A program made the position numbers and the translations under genes. A DNA stretch of 64,000 bases, taken from a virus (taxonomy: Duplodnaviria > Caudoviricetes). Of the stretch, positions 9,501 to 24,900 are shown piece by piece. Location: IMG/VR virus record IMGVR_UViG_3300021400_000138, positions 96,001-160,000 of that record; one strand, 5' to 3'. Within the stretch, counting starts at the first letter, position 1; each line of letters begins with the position of its first letter. A model generated the notes under the pieces. That model was not told the origin of the DNA. It saw only the letters and a program-made list of their open reading frames with translations, and searched no databases.

Positions 9501-11033
9501 TTATTTTAGATTATTTCCCACCATAAAGCCTGTGGTTCCCTGATAAGATACTTTATACCAGGTTTGTCCCGCAGAATTCTTGACCTTTTCAAGGGCGGTA
9601 AGTTTATCTCCTTTGCCAAGTGTAAGTAGAATAGTATATGTTTTATCCGTGCCATTACGGATATATCCGGGGGACTTTTTGATTGTCATGGTTTTTGGAT
9701 ATTCGGGTTTAGTTGAATTGATAACTTCTATAATCTTATTCCAAGTAATCGGACCAACAACTGAATCTTGATCAAGATAATGCTTCTGCTGAAATCTTCT
9801 CACGGCACTAGCCGTTAATTCCCCGAAATCTCCATCAACATCAAGATCCTCACCAAGTTGATTCAGATACTTTTGAAGTTTTTCAACATAAGAACCTTCA
9901 GAACCCTTCTTGAGAAGAGGATATGAATCCACAATATTTTCTGATGGGAGAGGAATAGAAGCGGAACTCCCAGAATCCGAAGCTACAGAAGAGCCACTAA
10001 CAAGCGCAGCTTTAAAAGCATTCCATTTGTTTTCGTTATAATCCGGTCCAATAGTTGGTATCCAACCTGAAACTCCTGGGCAATTTTTACCGCTTACGTT
10101 CCAATGCCTAATAACGTTTTCAATTGGAATATTATATTCTTTCATTAAATATTTTGTAAGTTTAATAAGATTTTGAATAGTCTTTTCTTTAAAATGCCAT
10201 CCAGAAGAATCTTGATAACAACAAGTTTCAATGCCCATAGAATTGCTATTCATACAAATTCTAAAATGACTTCCGCCAGCGCCACCATAATAAGAATCTC
10301 CGCAATGCCAACTATAATATTTTCTTGGATTTGGATTATATTCGCAAATGTCATTTTCATCAACAAAATAATCTGCGGAAGCAGATCTATCGCCTCCATT
10401 AAAATAAGATATATTGTTACGAGCTGTGCCAGAACTAGCCGTATAATGAATTACAATATACTTTGGTTGTACACCTCTGGTAGATACATTACATCCCTGG
10501 AAACCAGTATTTCTTACGATATTAATAGATTCTTCATCTTTTTTATTTTTATCTGGATCAATAACCACAGTGTCATATTTTGTCAGTCCATAAGTAGTAA
10601 TAACTCTATATACATTCTCAACATAATCCAGAGAAGTTGCATATCCATCGGCACGAATAAGTTCAAGATATCTATGAGGATCTATTACGCCTTTAAGATT
10701 TGCGTAATTGCTCGTATTAATGAACTGAAAATACCCCTCAACACCTTTCTCCATATTTTTAAAAGCGTACCATTGATCAGTAATTTTATAATACGACCCG
10801 TCAGCGTTCTGCTCTGCGGAACCATCAACAAATGTCCCATCATTACAGGATACTCTTCCTGGTCTGTATTTGAGTCCAAAATAATTATGATGTTGTGCTT
10901 TTGAAGAAGTACCAAAGGCGGATTCTAAACAAGCTTGCGCTATGATTGGCGAGGCTACTTCGATTCCATATTTTGGCCCGATCTTCTAAACATATGGAGC
11001 GATTTTCTAAATGAAATCAGTTTGTTTACTCAT
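9501..11033 (-). CDS. modular endolysin: GH73 glucosaminidase + amidase_2 + PG-binding + SH3b (510 aa, TAG at codons 9 and 16)
   Basis: IIAQACLESAFGTS..HNYFGLK and GYATSLDY (GH73); IVIHYTA, SMGIE, IRHWNVSGKNCPG (amidase_2); DGDFGELTASAVRRFQ (PG_binding_1); C-terminal WYKVSYQGTTGF. Confidence 0.9.
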
Positions 11034-11052
11034 ATACATCATTCCTTTCATA

Positions 11053-11090
11053 AACAAAAAAGAAGAGGCTAAAATTAAGCCCCTTCTTTT
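11053..11090 (-). terminator. intrinsic terminator after tail fibre
   Basis: AAGAAGGGGCT-taatttt-AGCCTCTTCTT followed by T run. Confidence 0.65.
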
Positions 11091-14000
11091 GATAACAGTT
11101 TTATTTGTTTCCTAAGTTTTTCGTTTTCTTCTTCGAGAGCGCGGATTCTGTGTTCATGATCTTGGACTACGGGAATGGTAAGCATTTGAAGTTCGGTGTA
11201 GTTAACAGAGTACATATCATTTTTTTCGTCATAAGAAACAAGACTCAAATTTTCGCAATTATATTTTTCCATTAATTTTTTTAATGTCTATGCTCCAATA
11301 CCTAAATGATGCCTTTTATCATTTATTCCAAGATGGTTTTTCCAAGTAAATTCTATTGGATTCAAGGACATAAATAAATCTTTATGATCAATTGAACCTT
11401 TTATATCTTTGTATCTTTCATCAGAACTATGGTTTGTGGAAATAGCATACACATATCCGTTCCATGTAGAATAAAATGAATAAGATGAACCTTGATTATT
11501 CCATTGTCTAACAATTCCAAATGCAACATCATTATCAGCTCCTGGATTTGTTTCACACATACTAATCCATCCATGACAAAGACTATAAATACTACCTACC
11601 CATCCATGTCCATATTTATTAGCTATAACGCCACCGTCCCATTTCACAGTAAATCTTTCCGATGAAATAACATTATTACTATAAATAGTATTTTTTAACC
11701 ATACCTAAATAGCATTAGCTCCAGAATCTTGTGAATAACCTTGACCGACACTTACATATCCGTTTATACCGCTGGCGTCCCTTTTCTCAGAAACTAATTC
11801 ACCCGAGCATTTAATATTTCCAGCATTCATTATTTCCCACCAACATGCAGATTTACCAACGTTATATCCATTTCCGCCCGTCATACCTTGAGCCGCATCA
11901 ATATAATAGCCAGTTCCTAATCTATTAAAACTAGTTTTATCTCTGTTATGCATTATATCTGGAAAATTTGTAACTTTCAATGATCCAACTTCTAACTAAC
12001 CTTTTATATAAGAATTCCCCGTCTATGTATTTACCCAAAACATACTTTCAAAACTATCTTCATTATAATACTGTCTAGTCATTCCCAAATTAGCCTAATC
12101 ATATGATAAATAATTATAATAATATCCATCAACACTAACACTTCTTAGCGCAATACCGCCTGGAACAATCCTTGTAGCATAAGTCATTTTATCTTTTGAG
12201 TCATGTCTTAATGAAATATTCCCAGGTGTCCAACCATCTACTACACATTGGAAATAAAATCTATTATCATCTGTTCCGATAGCCAAAGAATTGGGTGCCT
12301 TTTCTGAAGTATCTTTACTGGTTGTATCAAGAATATCTCCATTTTCATAATATAAAGAAGAATCACTAATATTTAAGCTACCAATTACTCCACCTTTTGC
12401 CGTTAATATACCTGAACTATTTACTTTAAACTTATCTGTAATACTTATTCCGTTTACACCAATATATGCTGACCCACCAGTTGCACTTCCCCAATTCTCA
12501 TTGTTTCTATATATAGCTGTATCTTTTACTGTCCAGCCACCAATTTCTGCAATTGTATCTGATGTTTGTTTTTCACGGACAACTATATTTTTAAATATAG
12601 TGGCCAATAACTAATCTTTATCAGAATCATCTACATATATATATAAACGATAATATACGGCATTACTTGGTGGATTTTTTATATAAAACTAGTCTTTAAT
12701 TGTTGCATAGCTTGCTGTTTGAGTTCCGGATAAAGAGCAAGATGATCCATTGCCTACTGTCTTAAGAAACTCATAATTTCTATCATATAAATCCATCTAG
12801 AAGTGCAAACTATATGATTTATAAGTAATATTTTCAGGGTGGTGATAACGAACATAATCAAAACTAGCCGAAAAATTCTATTGTCGATTATCGAATTTTT
12901 TAAATCGAGTTAAAAATATTCGTTGTACTATCGCTCCACTCGTTGTCGTTCTTTGTGATGTTGATAATGGTATAAGCGTTCTATATGCTTTGTCATTAGG
13001 TACGACTACACCAGTTGATTCCCAATCATCAATAGTTTGATTATATGCATCATCTTTAGTTTCATCAACTTCAACCATATTTACCCCTAATCCAACTGCT
13101 ATTTTATCAGCAGTAAGCGTCCCAGTAATATGAGCAGCATCCACCTCAAGAAAACCTTTATTTATAGAGCATCCACCTATTTCCCCGCTTGAAGCAAATA
13201 TTTCACCCCATATAATCGCGTTTGCCGCTCGTAAAGTTCCATCACTTGATACCTTAAAACCAGTTGCACCCTCTGTTGGTTCTTCTCCAACTTTACCGTC
13301 TTTGGCAATATATATGGTTAAATTTGGTTTATTAAGTAAATCCGAGTAATCACCAGATGTTGCAATCGGAGAAAAACTCGTCCAAAGACCTTTTATATTT
13401 CTAAATAGAGTTCTAGCTAAATTTTCTGATGAATTAGCATAAAATAACAATCTATAATACTTGCAATCAGACGTATAATTAGTTAAAGTTATAGTTGCAG
13501 ACATCGATTTATCGGCGCTTATACTTGGATCGATATTCATGATTACGGAATTTGTTGCCTGCAATTTTTGCTTATTTTCATTATAGTAGTATATATAAGC
13601 AGTAAGCGTATATGAATTAGGGTTCCTTAAAGTAGTTGCGATATAATCAAAACTAATTTCTATTGTATCATTTACACTAAAATGTCCTGGCTTTAAAACG
13701 GACAAATATACTCTGTTAACAGAGTTGTTGATTTCCATATAAGTATCATCAAAATAATCATATTTTGACCAATTACTATCAACTTTTGTATTTCCATAAT
13801 TAGTTTTATTTTCACCAACGTCCACAAGAGATGAAATAATATTATCTGACGTAATAACCCCTGGAAAAGTTACTCCAGGAGATACTGTTAATGACGTTGC
13901 ATTGATTGCTCCTGATACAACTGCATCATTACAATATAACTTTCCATTAGTAGTAACACCAAATTGATTAGATATAGTCATCATCCAATCTTCATTAACC

Positions 14001-17000
14001 GTTGTGTCACCAAAAGTCATAGTTGAAGTGCTGCCTTTTGGTTTAATAAATGCCGAACCATTTATTCCTGGAGTAGAGCTTTTGTAATATATCTTTTCTT
14101 CATCTATTACCCATCCGCCTAGTTCACCAGATAATGCATGTATATCACCAATAAAATACGCGTCGCCACCCTTAATACCAAAATTAGGAGTAAAAAAGTT
14201 ACCCGTTTCCAAATCTAAAAAGCTTCCTGTTATTGAGAAATTTCCCGCAGGAGTTTCTTCACCATCGTTTGCTCCTGCTTTATAATTTCGAGACATAATA
14301 GCATTAGTAGCTAACGATCTAGATAAAATCGTATCTGTTTCAATTAATCCGCCTTTAATTGTTGTTGTTTTATCTTGCGCAGTTGTTGACCAATTATCAA
14401 CAATATCTTTTGCAGTAATTATATCCGTTCCGTTATTATATATCCAATCATGATAGTCACTTTCGCCACCAGATCTTACAGTAGATGCATTGCGTGGTGG
14501 AACATATAAATAAGCATCAACAATTTTTCCTTCTGAACCTGATTCAACGAATTGTCCCAAAACTATATCTCGTTCTTCGTTCCATAACCATGTACCTCTA
14601 ATATTATTCGGCGTAGGAGTTACCGCATATTTCCATCCGTCTTTATACCAAACCATATATAATGTGCCATTATCTGCATCTTTATTGGTTAAACGGAGTA
14701 CTAAATATATGGTTTTCCAATATGGTGGTACAATATTTGGATCTATCATTGTTTTACTAACATTTATTTTTCTTGTATTCCAGTACACGTATCCATCTAC
14801 ATCTGCTGCATTTCCATCTTCGTCATATCCATGTAAATAGCATTCACCAAAGTTTTCGGCCTCAAACGAAGAATGATTTATTTTCATACCTAAGCCAATG
14901 TCAATCTTTTCATTTGCCAAAGCCGCACTATCTTGTGCATCAATTATTTCCTATTGTGCGTCCTCAGCAAGACCATGAAAAGTTACCAATCCATAAAGAT
15001 TAATGTGATCCGCAACAAGTTGGCCAACCCTATCTGTGAGAGTAAATGTAGTAGAGGTGCCAGTTCCGTTATTTCCAATGATCCATGAAAATTTATTAGC
15101 TGTTTGTTGTGCTATGCTTTTTATTGAACTACTTTTATTTCCAAGTATATCTTCCGAGATAATTCGAGTATGTTCTGAAGCGGTATCAGTAACTTCTTGA
15201 ACTCGCCTAGCAATATCCTTTACTTCAGTGCCATCTGCTTTGGTCCTTACTGTGGAACTAATATCTGAAATATTTGTTTTTATTCCATCTACATTTTGTT
15301 CCATCTCGGTAACACGATCTCTAATCTGTTTTGCAGTACTACCATCATATTCGTTTACATAATTTGTAATATCACTTTGCCATACTTTATTAGTTATTTG
15401 TTTTTCAACTTCATCAACCAGTGATATAACACCACCAATGATTGTCTCACAATATGCCTCAGAATACAGTACACTCGTGTCGCTCATGATATTCTCGAAT
15501 CGTTTCCATAGATATTCACCAGAATATAATTCTTCTGGTTCTGTATATGACCATACTCCACCAATTAATTCAGTATCCGAAGTAGAAATATAAAACTATT
15601 GCATTTGTCTAACTATATACGTACCATCTTTTCCATCTTTGCCATTTACTCCGTTTTTGCTAATCGTATATGCAACAGTTTCTTCACCGTCAGTAAAAAT
15701 AAATTTTACTCTCGTCCACAAATAAAGTCCTTCTGGAATATTCTGCGGAATTTCTGTACTCCATACTGAGTCGATAAATATATTATTCTCATCTAATAAT
15801 ACATCGTCACCATCTGTAAAAGCTCCACCAGGAATAACCGTATCAGAATCTGATAATGCGTATTCAACTATATATTCTTTGATTCCATTTCCAACAGTTC
15901 CATCATTAACAATCGGTATGGTTTGATAATCTAATATCTATTCAGCTCCGCCAGCTTCATATAACGAAATTCTCAATGCCATAATTTGATGATCTTTATC
16001 TGTAACAGGAGTTATAAATTCATGATTCGATTCATCTTCTTCTGAAATATAATTTTCTGTCCAGTTTTCATTATCCAACGTTGATTCAATTTTAAAACGG
16101 CCTTTATATAATTCCATATTTCCGCTTCCAACTTGCTTGTAAGCCTGGCTGGTTACTGTTGGTGGATTATATTGTCCATCCCATGTTCTACTGATTATTG
16201 CACTTGAAAGAAGCAATGTATAAACAGTGGTACTTTCGCCAGCCAATGTAAGCGAATAACTGAATTGTTTATTGAATGTCTTATCATCAATTGTACATGG
16301 GATAGTAAGCACACCACTTCTTGAAACCATCTCATTTGTAACATTTACTTTAAATGAAGCATCTATTGTACCATTATTAAATATTGAGGTTGTCATTCCA
16401 ACTGGACATCCAGTTATTGTACCAATTGTTACTTTTTGTTGTACAGTGCCTTTATATCCAATAACATTACAAGTAGTATTTGCTGCAATAGCTGCCGATG
16501 TATCTCCAGAAAAGGTATGAGATTCATTACTCAAAACAATAGTATAACCATCCGTTCCATCATCGCCCCTATCACCATAAACACCTATAATTACAGGTGT
16601 TGTCGTCGATGTTTCTCCGTCAGTATATTCTATTACTTCATAATTCCAAAGATATTTATTTGTATTTGTAACCGTTTGAATTGTTGTAGTCCATCCTGAG
16701 GTAGAAGTAGTTATTTCAGAATTTTCCGTGGTAGCTAAATAGTATTCTATAATTGCTGAAATTCCTTTTCCTGAATTTCCTTGTTCTCCCCATACACCAA
16801 TTACAACCTTATCAGTAGTTGCGGTTGATCCGTCCGTATATGTTACGAGTTCATAATTCCAAAGAAATCTATTCGTAGCCGTCATGGCTGGAATTGAAGA
16901 CCCGGTAGAAAACTCACTATCTTTTGGAGTACTAGTAGATGATTTATTAACAGCATAATATTCCGTAACGGAGGCAATACCAATACCATCGGATAAAACA

Positions 17001-19393
17001 GGAATTACTTGCTGATCAACCAGTGTAGTCATCCCTCCAGCAAGATACAAACTACATTTAACAGATTTTATACCGTTTGGTATTGTAAATGTATAAGATG
17101 ATTCATTACTTTTAGAAGAATAACCACTTGTCCACGTAGAATTGTCGGAAGACACATCAATTTTAAATCTTCCAGAATAGTCAGATAATTGCCCGTCGCC
17201 CCGTTGACTTTTTGCATGAAGAAGAATGGTTGCGGGATTATATTGTCCATTATCTTGTAAAACTATAGCAGCGTGTGAAATCGTTAAGGAATAACTAGTA
17301 GCAGCATCTCCTTTATCACCCTTGATCGCCAAAGAATAACTAAATTGCTTATTAATCGTACGTCCATCTATAGTTACCGGAATATTTAAAACACCATTAC
17401 GAGTATTCATAGATGTTGTAACTGTAACCGTAAATAATGCAGAGGTACTATTATTATTTGAAATAGCAACAGTCATGCCTGTTGGACATCCAGTAATTTC
17501 TCCAATTGTAACATCCTATTGTATAGCTCCTTTATAACCAATAACATTACAAGTTGTACTTCCGCTAACAGCCGCAGATGTTCCACCAGAAAAAGTATGA
17601 GATTCATTGCTAAGAATTACAGTATATGCATCTTCTCCTTGTTCTCCATATGTTCCTATAATTACTGGTGTAGTAGTATCTGCATCACCAGTTGTATAAT
17701 TAATTATCTCATAGTTCCATAAATACTTTTTTTCCGGTGTTATTGTTTGTATCGTAGTTGTCCATCCACTTGTAGCCGTTGTAACATCAGAGCTTTCAGA
17801 CGTAGCAAGATAACACTCTGTAATAGATTCAATTCCTCGTCCTTCACTTCCATCTGCTCCAAATACGCCTATAACCACTTTATCTGTTCTGTCTATATGT
17901 CCATCAGTATATGTAACTTCTTCATAATTCCACAGATATTTATTGGTTTCACTCATAGTTGGAATTGTTGTATCAAAACTCGCATCGGTTGGTGCAGCAG
18001 AAGAGGAGTTGTTAACCGCATAATATTCTATTACGGAAGAAATACCTATACCATCTGTAATTATCGGTACAGTTTGTTGATCAAGAAGAGTAGATGTTCC
18101 TTCAGCCATATATAAACTAACACGTATAGATTTTATTCCCTTTGATATTTTAAACGTCGTATTTGATTCATTAGAAGTTGAAACATACTTTTCTGCCCAT
18201 GAAGAATTATCCTACGTTGTTTCAATCTTAAATCTCCCATTATAATCCTGTAATGTATTATTGCCTTGTTGATATTTAGCAGATATAATAATACTACCTG
18301 GATTAAAATTTCCCACAGAATCAAGTACTACAGCAGCATGAGATATTTGCATAGAATAAGATATTGCAGAATCGCCATGAACACCAATAATAATTGGTTC
18401 TGTTGAATCATATTCTCCAGTAGAATATTTAATTGTTTCATAATTCCACAAATATTTTAATGTTTCAGATATTGGCTGCGGGATTTCTGTCCATCCCGTT
18501 GTGTCTATTGTTATTCCTGTTGATTGCGTTGATGCAAGATAATAATTTTTTATACTTTCAATAGATCTTCCATCTTCACTATACATTCCTATGATATGTT
18601 TCTCTGTTGCCACAATTGATCCATCAGAATAATCTACTATTTCATAATTCCATAAACACCTATTTTGATTATCTAATTCTGGAATAGTAGTTGTGAACAT
18701 TTTATCTTCTGGCATAATAGAAATAGAAGTAGAAACAGCATACATTTCTGTAATATTATTAATACCATTACCAGGAGCGCCGTTAAATGAAAGAGAATAT
18801 GTGAATAATTTTTCGAATGTAAGATCTCCAACAGTTATTGGAATGGTTAGCGTACCATTTTTTGTAATCATTTCTTGTGTTACGCTTACCATAAATTTTG
18901 AATTTAATGTTCCATTATTTTGAATCATTACGGTCATTCCCGCTGGCATGCCAGTAATTTCTCCAATAGTTGCCGGAACTTTGTTTCCCCCTTGATACGC
19001 ATAAACATTACATACCGTTGAACTTTCAATTGCTGAAAGATAAGAAGCTGGGAATGTATGATTTTCATTTGATAAAATGATAGTAAACGGATTTTCTCCA
19101 TTTCTTGAAACATTATATGAAACTGTTGATGTCCCATCCGTATAATATGTTGTTGTTCTTATCCATAACCATTCGCCAGCAGATGTTGTCGGAATTTCTG
19201 TAGACCATATTCCAGAATATAATGGATTACCCTCTGTATCTAATAATACGTTTCCTTCATCATCGGTTATAAAAGTTCCTGGTATAATTGTCCCAGAATT
19301 AGAAACCGCATATTCTACTACGGTTCTTAATATACCAACACCAGATTCACCATCATTAACATTTAATAAATCTATCCAACTTACAGAAAGCAT
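11075..19393 (-). CDS. giant tail fibre / host-specificity protein with C-terminal peptidase S74 chaperone (2772 aa, TAG-recoded)
   Basis: nine track ORFs share one frame separated only by TAG; GGAGGTG RBS; repeated ILSNE.HTF / YLWNYE modules; SDERYK...LGIGA(TAG=Q)...VNYTEL S74 motif. Confidence 0.88.
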
Positions 19394-19423
19394 GATATTC
19401 ACCTCCTCTCAAAATGATGTATC

Positions 19424-21934
19424 TCATTCTTCACTCACCTCACAAATAAATAACATACGACCATTAATAATACTTGGATCTACATATATTACCCGTTGTG
19501 TTTTATACGGGGCAGACGTATCTAATAAATCACCATTTGAATTTCTTCTATAGTATCTATAAACTAAAGAATCTGTTTCTGTGGCATTTCCCCAAGATGA
19601 TCCAGAATACTTTTTTAATACACATGTTTTATTCGTTCTATCTAAGTGATAATAAAAATCTCCAGAAACTGGATTAACTGGTGGAGTTTCGCTAAATATT
19701 GTAGATTTAATTGGATCAACTTCTTCATTATTTCTATATATTCTACAATATATTGCCCCACAACCACTATTATTTTTGAATTCCGGAACAGAACAAAATG
19801 TATAACTTACATATGGATCCGCGAGATCGTCAACTGTAAAATATGCTTCATAAGTAGTACCATTATATATCGCACTTGCTTTAAAGAACGCTAAATCATC
19901 GACCATATCTGCCGTAACAACTAAAGATGTTTCTGTAGCTTCAGGGATATCAGTATAATTACCACTAGAAAATTTTGACCACTGTACTGATGATGGAGTA
20001 ACAGTACTTGCACCAGATACCATTCGAATTTTTAGTGTTGTCGTTCCACTTGAATTTCTTATTATTCCACCGTCTTCTGAATATATTTGAAGAATACAAG
20101 AACTGGTACCATCAACAGCTTTATTATTTTTTGTCCATGTATATTTTTGTTCAACAGTTTGATATTGTCCATTATATTCACCACGTAATGCTATTGTTAT
20201 CTGACCAGACATTAAGGAAGCATTACCAAAATTTGCTCCATTTGCTACTTTAAGAATCAATGTTCCATCTGCACTAGTCGTTCCAGCAGTATTTGTGCTT
20301 ACTGTTACTCCACCAGGGAGTGCTCCCGAACTAACCGTAGCAGTAACTGGAATTCTGGTTATTCCAGAATAAGCATAAAATGGAATAGTTAAATATTTTT
20401 CAGTTGCAGAAAGACCATTACTTGTACACGGAATGACATCTTGATAATTACCAAGACCCATAGAAATACCTGGGGTTCCATCGTCTCCATCTTGGCCTGA
20501 TTTCCCATCTCTACTAATTACGATAGTTTGTTCATCTAGCACAATTGATGAACTGCTTGCAGCATATAATGTACATTTGATATTTTTAATAGAATTCGAA
20601 GTCGGAGTGTATGTTGTACTATGTTCATTTACGGTAGAAGAGTAAGCAGTAGTATAGTTTTCTCCATCCGTTGATACAGAAATAATATATTTTCCTTCAT
20701 AATTAGATTTAACTAATTCTTCTCCTGTTTTACTAAAAGCGGAAAATGTAACAGATGTCGGATTGAATACACCAGATTCATTTAAATTCATTACATATGT
20801 ACTTGCTTCCAAGTTATATATTACAGCATCTTTACCATCAACACCAGCTTTTACTTTTGTTACAGTAAATCGTTTTGAAATTGTATCAAAACCTTTTTTA
20901 CATATAAAATCTACATAACCAACGTCACTCGTTAACGAACTTACAGTATAAGTAAGCGGAGTACTTCCGTCAGCATGAAAATCAACATAACCGCCAGACA
21001 TACCATCACTTTCTGTATATGTTATCGCCCAATCTCCATCAAATGTGACGTCAGTACCACCGTCATAAATGTGAATTTCTGTTGAAGCACTTGCATATGA
21101 CAATACTCTGCCATTTCCATCTGCTGGAACATAAGTACTTTCATTTGTTAAACTACATACAATATTGGAATCACCAGCCGCACCATCATATACTTTCACT
21201 ATTTGATGGATATCATAAACAGAAGAATCAGTAGTAGTTAATTTAATTGTTGCTACACGATCATTCCAGATATTTGTTTCTGTAGCGTAAACATTAAGCG
21301 TTCCCGAAGAATTTGATGAATTATTACCTTCTGTCACTGGGAAGGCAACAAAATTTCCATTTGAATTTTTATACTGCCATTGACTAACACTTACATTTGC
21401 TATATCAGCAGTTAATATTATCCTATTTGGTCCGACTATATTTCTTTCAGAATTATATAAAAAGGTTGTCTCGCCAGTAATATATGCATATTTAACTTCT
21501 GACGCCATTGACAAAAGAGTAAAACTTAATACTGCTTCAGTAGAAATCGGCACTCCCGTTTCTGGATCTGTGTATGTTGCACTGCATATATAAGTCAATT
21601 GCTTACTTGGAATTCCGGCCAATTTATTAGCCGAAACTGTTAATATATTTCCAGATACTGATTCGCCAGTTTCCAATTGTGAACTTTCTCCTGATCCTTC
21701 CTTTCTTTTAAATACAACATTCAATCCAATTGCATTAAGCGCAACGTTCGTACCATTATAAGTAATTACTGGTGTTATTACTAAATTATCCGTTGCCCAG
21801 TTTGGCGTATATGTTGAAGTATTTGGATCATATACAACGCTCGTGGGCTAAGTACTAGTTAAATACAATCCTAACTATCCAACATCTGTATAGTCAATTA
21901 CTGAGACACTAGAAAAACTTTGAATTTTAGACAA
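19424..21934 (-). CDS. tail structural protein, Ig-like repeats (836 aa, TAG at codons 20 and 29)
   Basis: GGAGGTG RBS, TTG 21934, MSKIQSFSSVSVIDYTDVGQLGLYLTSTQPTSV in frame with track ORF 19424-21724. Confidence 0.8.
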
Positions 21935-21950
21935 TTAATCCACCTCCATT

Positions 21951-24900
21951 TTACGTTGTAGCTATAGTTTCTCCATCTACCTCAAATTTACACCGGAAAT
22001 TTGCATTAATGTGTACATCATCTCCGGTTATAATAATTGTTTTAGTTCCAGATGCATGTCGAATATTCCACTAAGTATCACCATCTGCATCTTTTGATTG
22101 CCGTGTCCATGTGAAATACTCAGCGTCCCATTCATCTGTTACATCTATGTTATTTTTAAATAGTTTTGCAGTTAATGTAATATTGTTTCCCCGTAAGTTT
22201 GTTCCGTTTGGTGTTTCAATAAACAGATCATACGTTGAGATATCATCAAGATCAGATCGTAGATTTTTAATATAATTATTTGTACTATCTTTAAATTCTG
22301 TATATTCCACACCAAATTTTCCATTACCTGTATATATTTGTTCTATAGATACAGTATCACCTTGTTTCATGACATTAAAAGCCAGTCGATCTTCCGATAT
22401 TGTTCCTTGTGAAATCATATTATTTATTATTAATCCATCAGCAATTGCATCAGAAGTTATTCCACTTGGATCAATAATTGTTGCCCCCTATTCATTTCTA
22501 AGGATAAGAGACGGCTAGTTATTTGTTGCATATCCTAATTGTACTCCCACGTAATCATTTCCCTAGCTATCCTTACCCATTATCTATAAAGCAGATCCGT
22601 TCATAATGAGCTAACCGTTTTCTGAAAGAATACGCATATTATCACTAATCGTAATATCCGAGGCAGCAAGATCGGATACTGTTATTTTACCAGCCACGGC
22701 TTCTTTAATGTATGCATCATTAATTACAGTTGTAGCAGAAGTAGAAGTGAATGTTTGCAAGCTTTTAAAGAATGCGGATTCCGATGTAATTAATTCGGAA
22801 TTAACTATATCAATATTAGCCAATGATGCCTCGATTTCGTCAGCCTATACTGCATGAGCAACAACAAGATTTGATTCTAGATAATCGATAAAAGCAGTAT
22901 CAGCCAAAAGACTAAAGTCATCAGCGTTATCAAGTTCTACAAGTCCAGCTACTATCTATTCACCAGTAACTTTTGTGGCTTCAATCACGCCAGAATTAAG
23001 ATGTTGTATAAAAGCAGAATTTACATCCAATCCATCAAAATCGCCTTTTTCTGCTTCGACAAGCTTAGCAATAACATTGTCCGTGGTGATTGTGCCTTCC
23101 GCAATGGTTGTAATTGTATCTGTCCCTATCCGAAGAACCTCCGCCACATCAATTTGATCCGCCCGTATATTCGCTGTAGAAATTGTATCTTCGGTAATTT
23201 TAGTAATCCCTTCTTCGCCGACCGTAATAACTTTTGCTGCAAGGTTATCAATAATACCTTCTTCCGCATTAACCAATTGTGACACAATAACTTTAGCACC
23301 CAAGTATTCGGTAAACATTTCTTCAAAATCTGCACGTTCACCTTTTATATTTTTAACGTGAATTACGCCAGGTTCAAGCTATGTTATTCCGAGATAATCA
23401 GCTATCATACTATTAATTGTTATTGGATCAACTGGGCCAGTAATACCTCCGGCAATTCCACCAACCGCCTAAGTAAATATAGAATTTTTTGTTAGAACAT
23501 TTAATAGAGAAGAAACATATTCCTGGTCACTTTTAGAATTACCAATTCCTATTGAAATAGAATTCTTAGATCCCCGATTGTTTTCTGTGTTTAATAACTA
23601 TGTTAAATCAGATCTACCAGAACTATTGGTAATCATACTTGAAAATTCAATAGACAAATTCGGATCAATTTCACAAGGATTATAAGTATATCCCATGATT
23701 CTTAATTTTACAGAATAATCATCTCTGATACCAACTCTTATAAAACTTAATAAATCAAAATCATCATGCCATGCTTTGAATTCTGGAATACGCAGAAGAT
23801 TATCAAGATCAACCGTGAAATTATACTATGGCTGACTTACTTCAGATAATTTATCTTTTGCGTCATCAAATAACTCTTTTTCTCTATCTATCGTAGTATA
23901 AGCCGTATCAATAGATGTAGTAAGAATATTTGAATTTGTATAATCTGTATCATGATATAAATTTGTAATTAAGTTTATTTCATTTTCAGTAAAAAATACT
24001 ATTCTTGTTTTTGCTGTTCCTATGGCTGATTTCTAACAGCCAAGTTTCATTAGTTCAACCCAGTTTAATCTCTCTTGATTTTTTACATTATATTGTTGCT
24101 GTAATGCATTTAATTCATCTTGAAGCTGTTTTAATTTATATTTTATTGTACCTGGTGTAGTATTATTTCCAATTGCATTTTCATAATGAACATACATATT
24201 ATGTCCAGCCTGATTATAATTATCTTCATTTGCATATTTTACTTTTCCGTATTCCTCTTCAGCTAATTCACTCCATGGTTTTTTAAAATCACTTAGAGAT
24301 ATAAGCTTGTCTTCATATTCTTCCAACTTGCCCTATAACTCTATCAAGCCATAAAGTTCCCAGTTTTCTGTTGCATCATTTTCTGGTTTCCTTTTTTCTC
24401 TATTTGGTTTATTAAGATTATCAAGAGCAAGTTCAATGTATGGAATAATATAATTTATAATTTCAATATAAGTATAATATCCGCCATACTAATCAATTAC
24501 AGCATAATATTTATTAAGATACCAATCATGATCTACTTGTCCATTTTTCTTCACTGGATTATACTATTGGGCTTCTGTTCCATAATTAATATATTTTTCA
24601 CTATTACTGCGGTCATCTATTGCAATTTGTAATGACTCTAAAAGAGATCTATAATAACCTAAGTTCTCATTCAATCCCTCTTCATTCATATTAGACCAGT
24701 TTTTCCAATATGATTCATCCGACGGAGTCTTATATTTCTTATCAATTATTTTTTCATTTAGCGACGTAACCTCTTTAGATAAATTCGCATAAGTTTCACG
24801 ATTAGCATCTCTAAAAGCATAATAATCTCGAATCTTCTATGCCAAGGATTCTTCCATATATGGTTCACCAAGGAAGTAGGAGAGATCATCATATCTTTCA

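Noticed and set aside
22071-22073. TAG read as Tyr in DGDT*WN
   Set aside because: Single suggestive context, outweighed by multiple internal alignments and conserved motifs indicating Gln.
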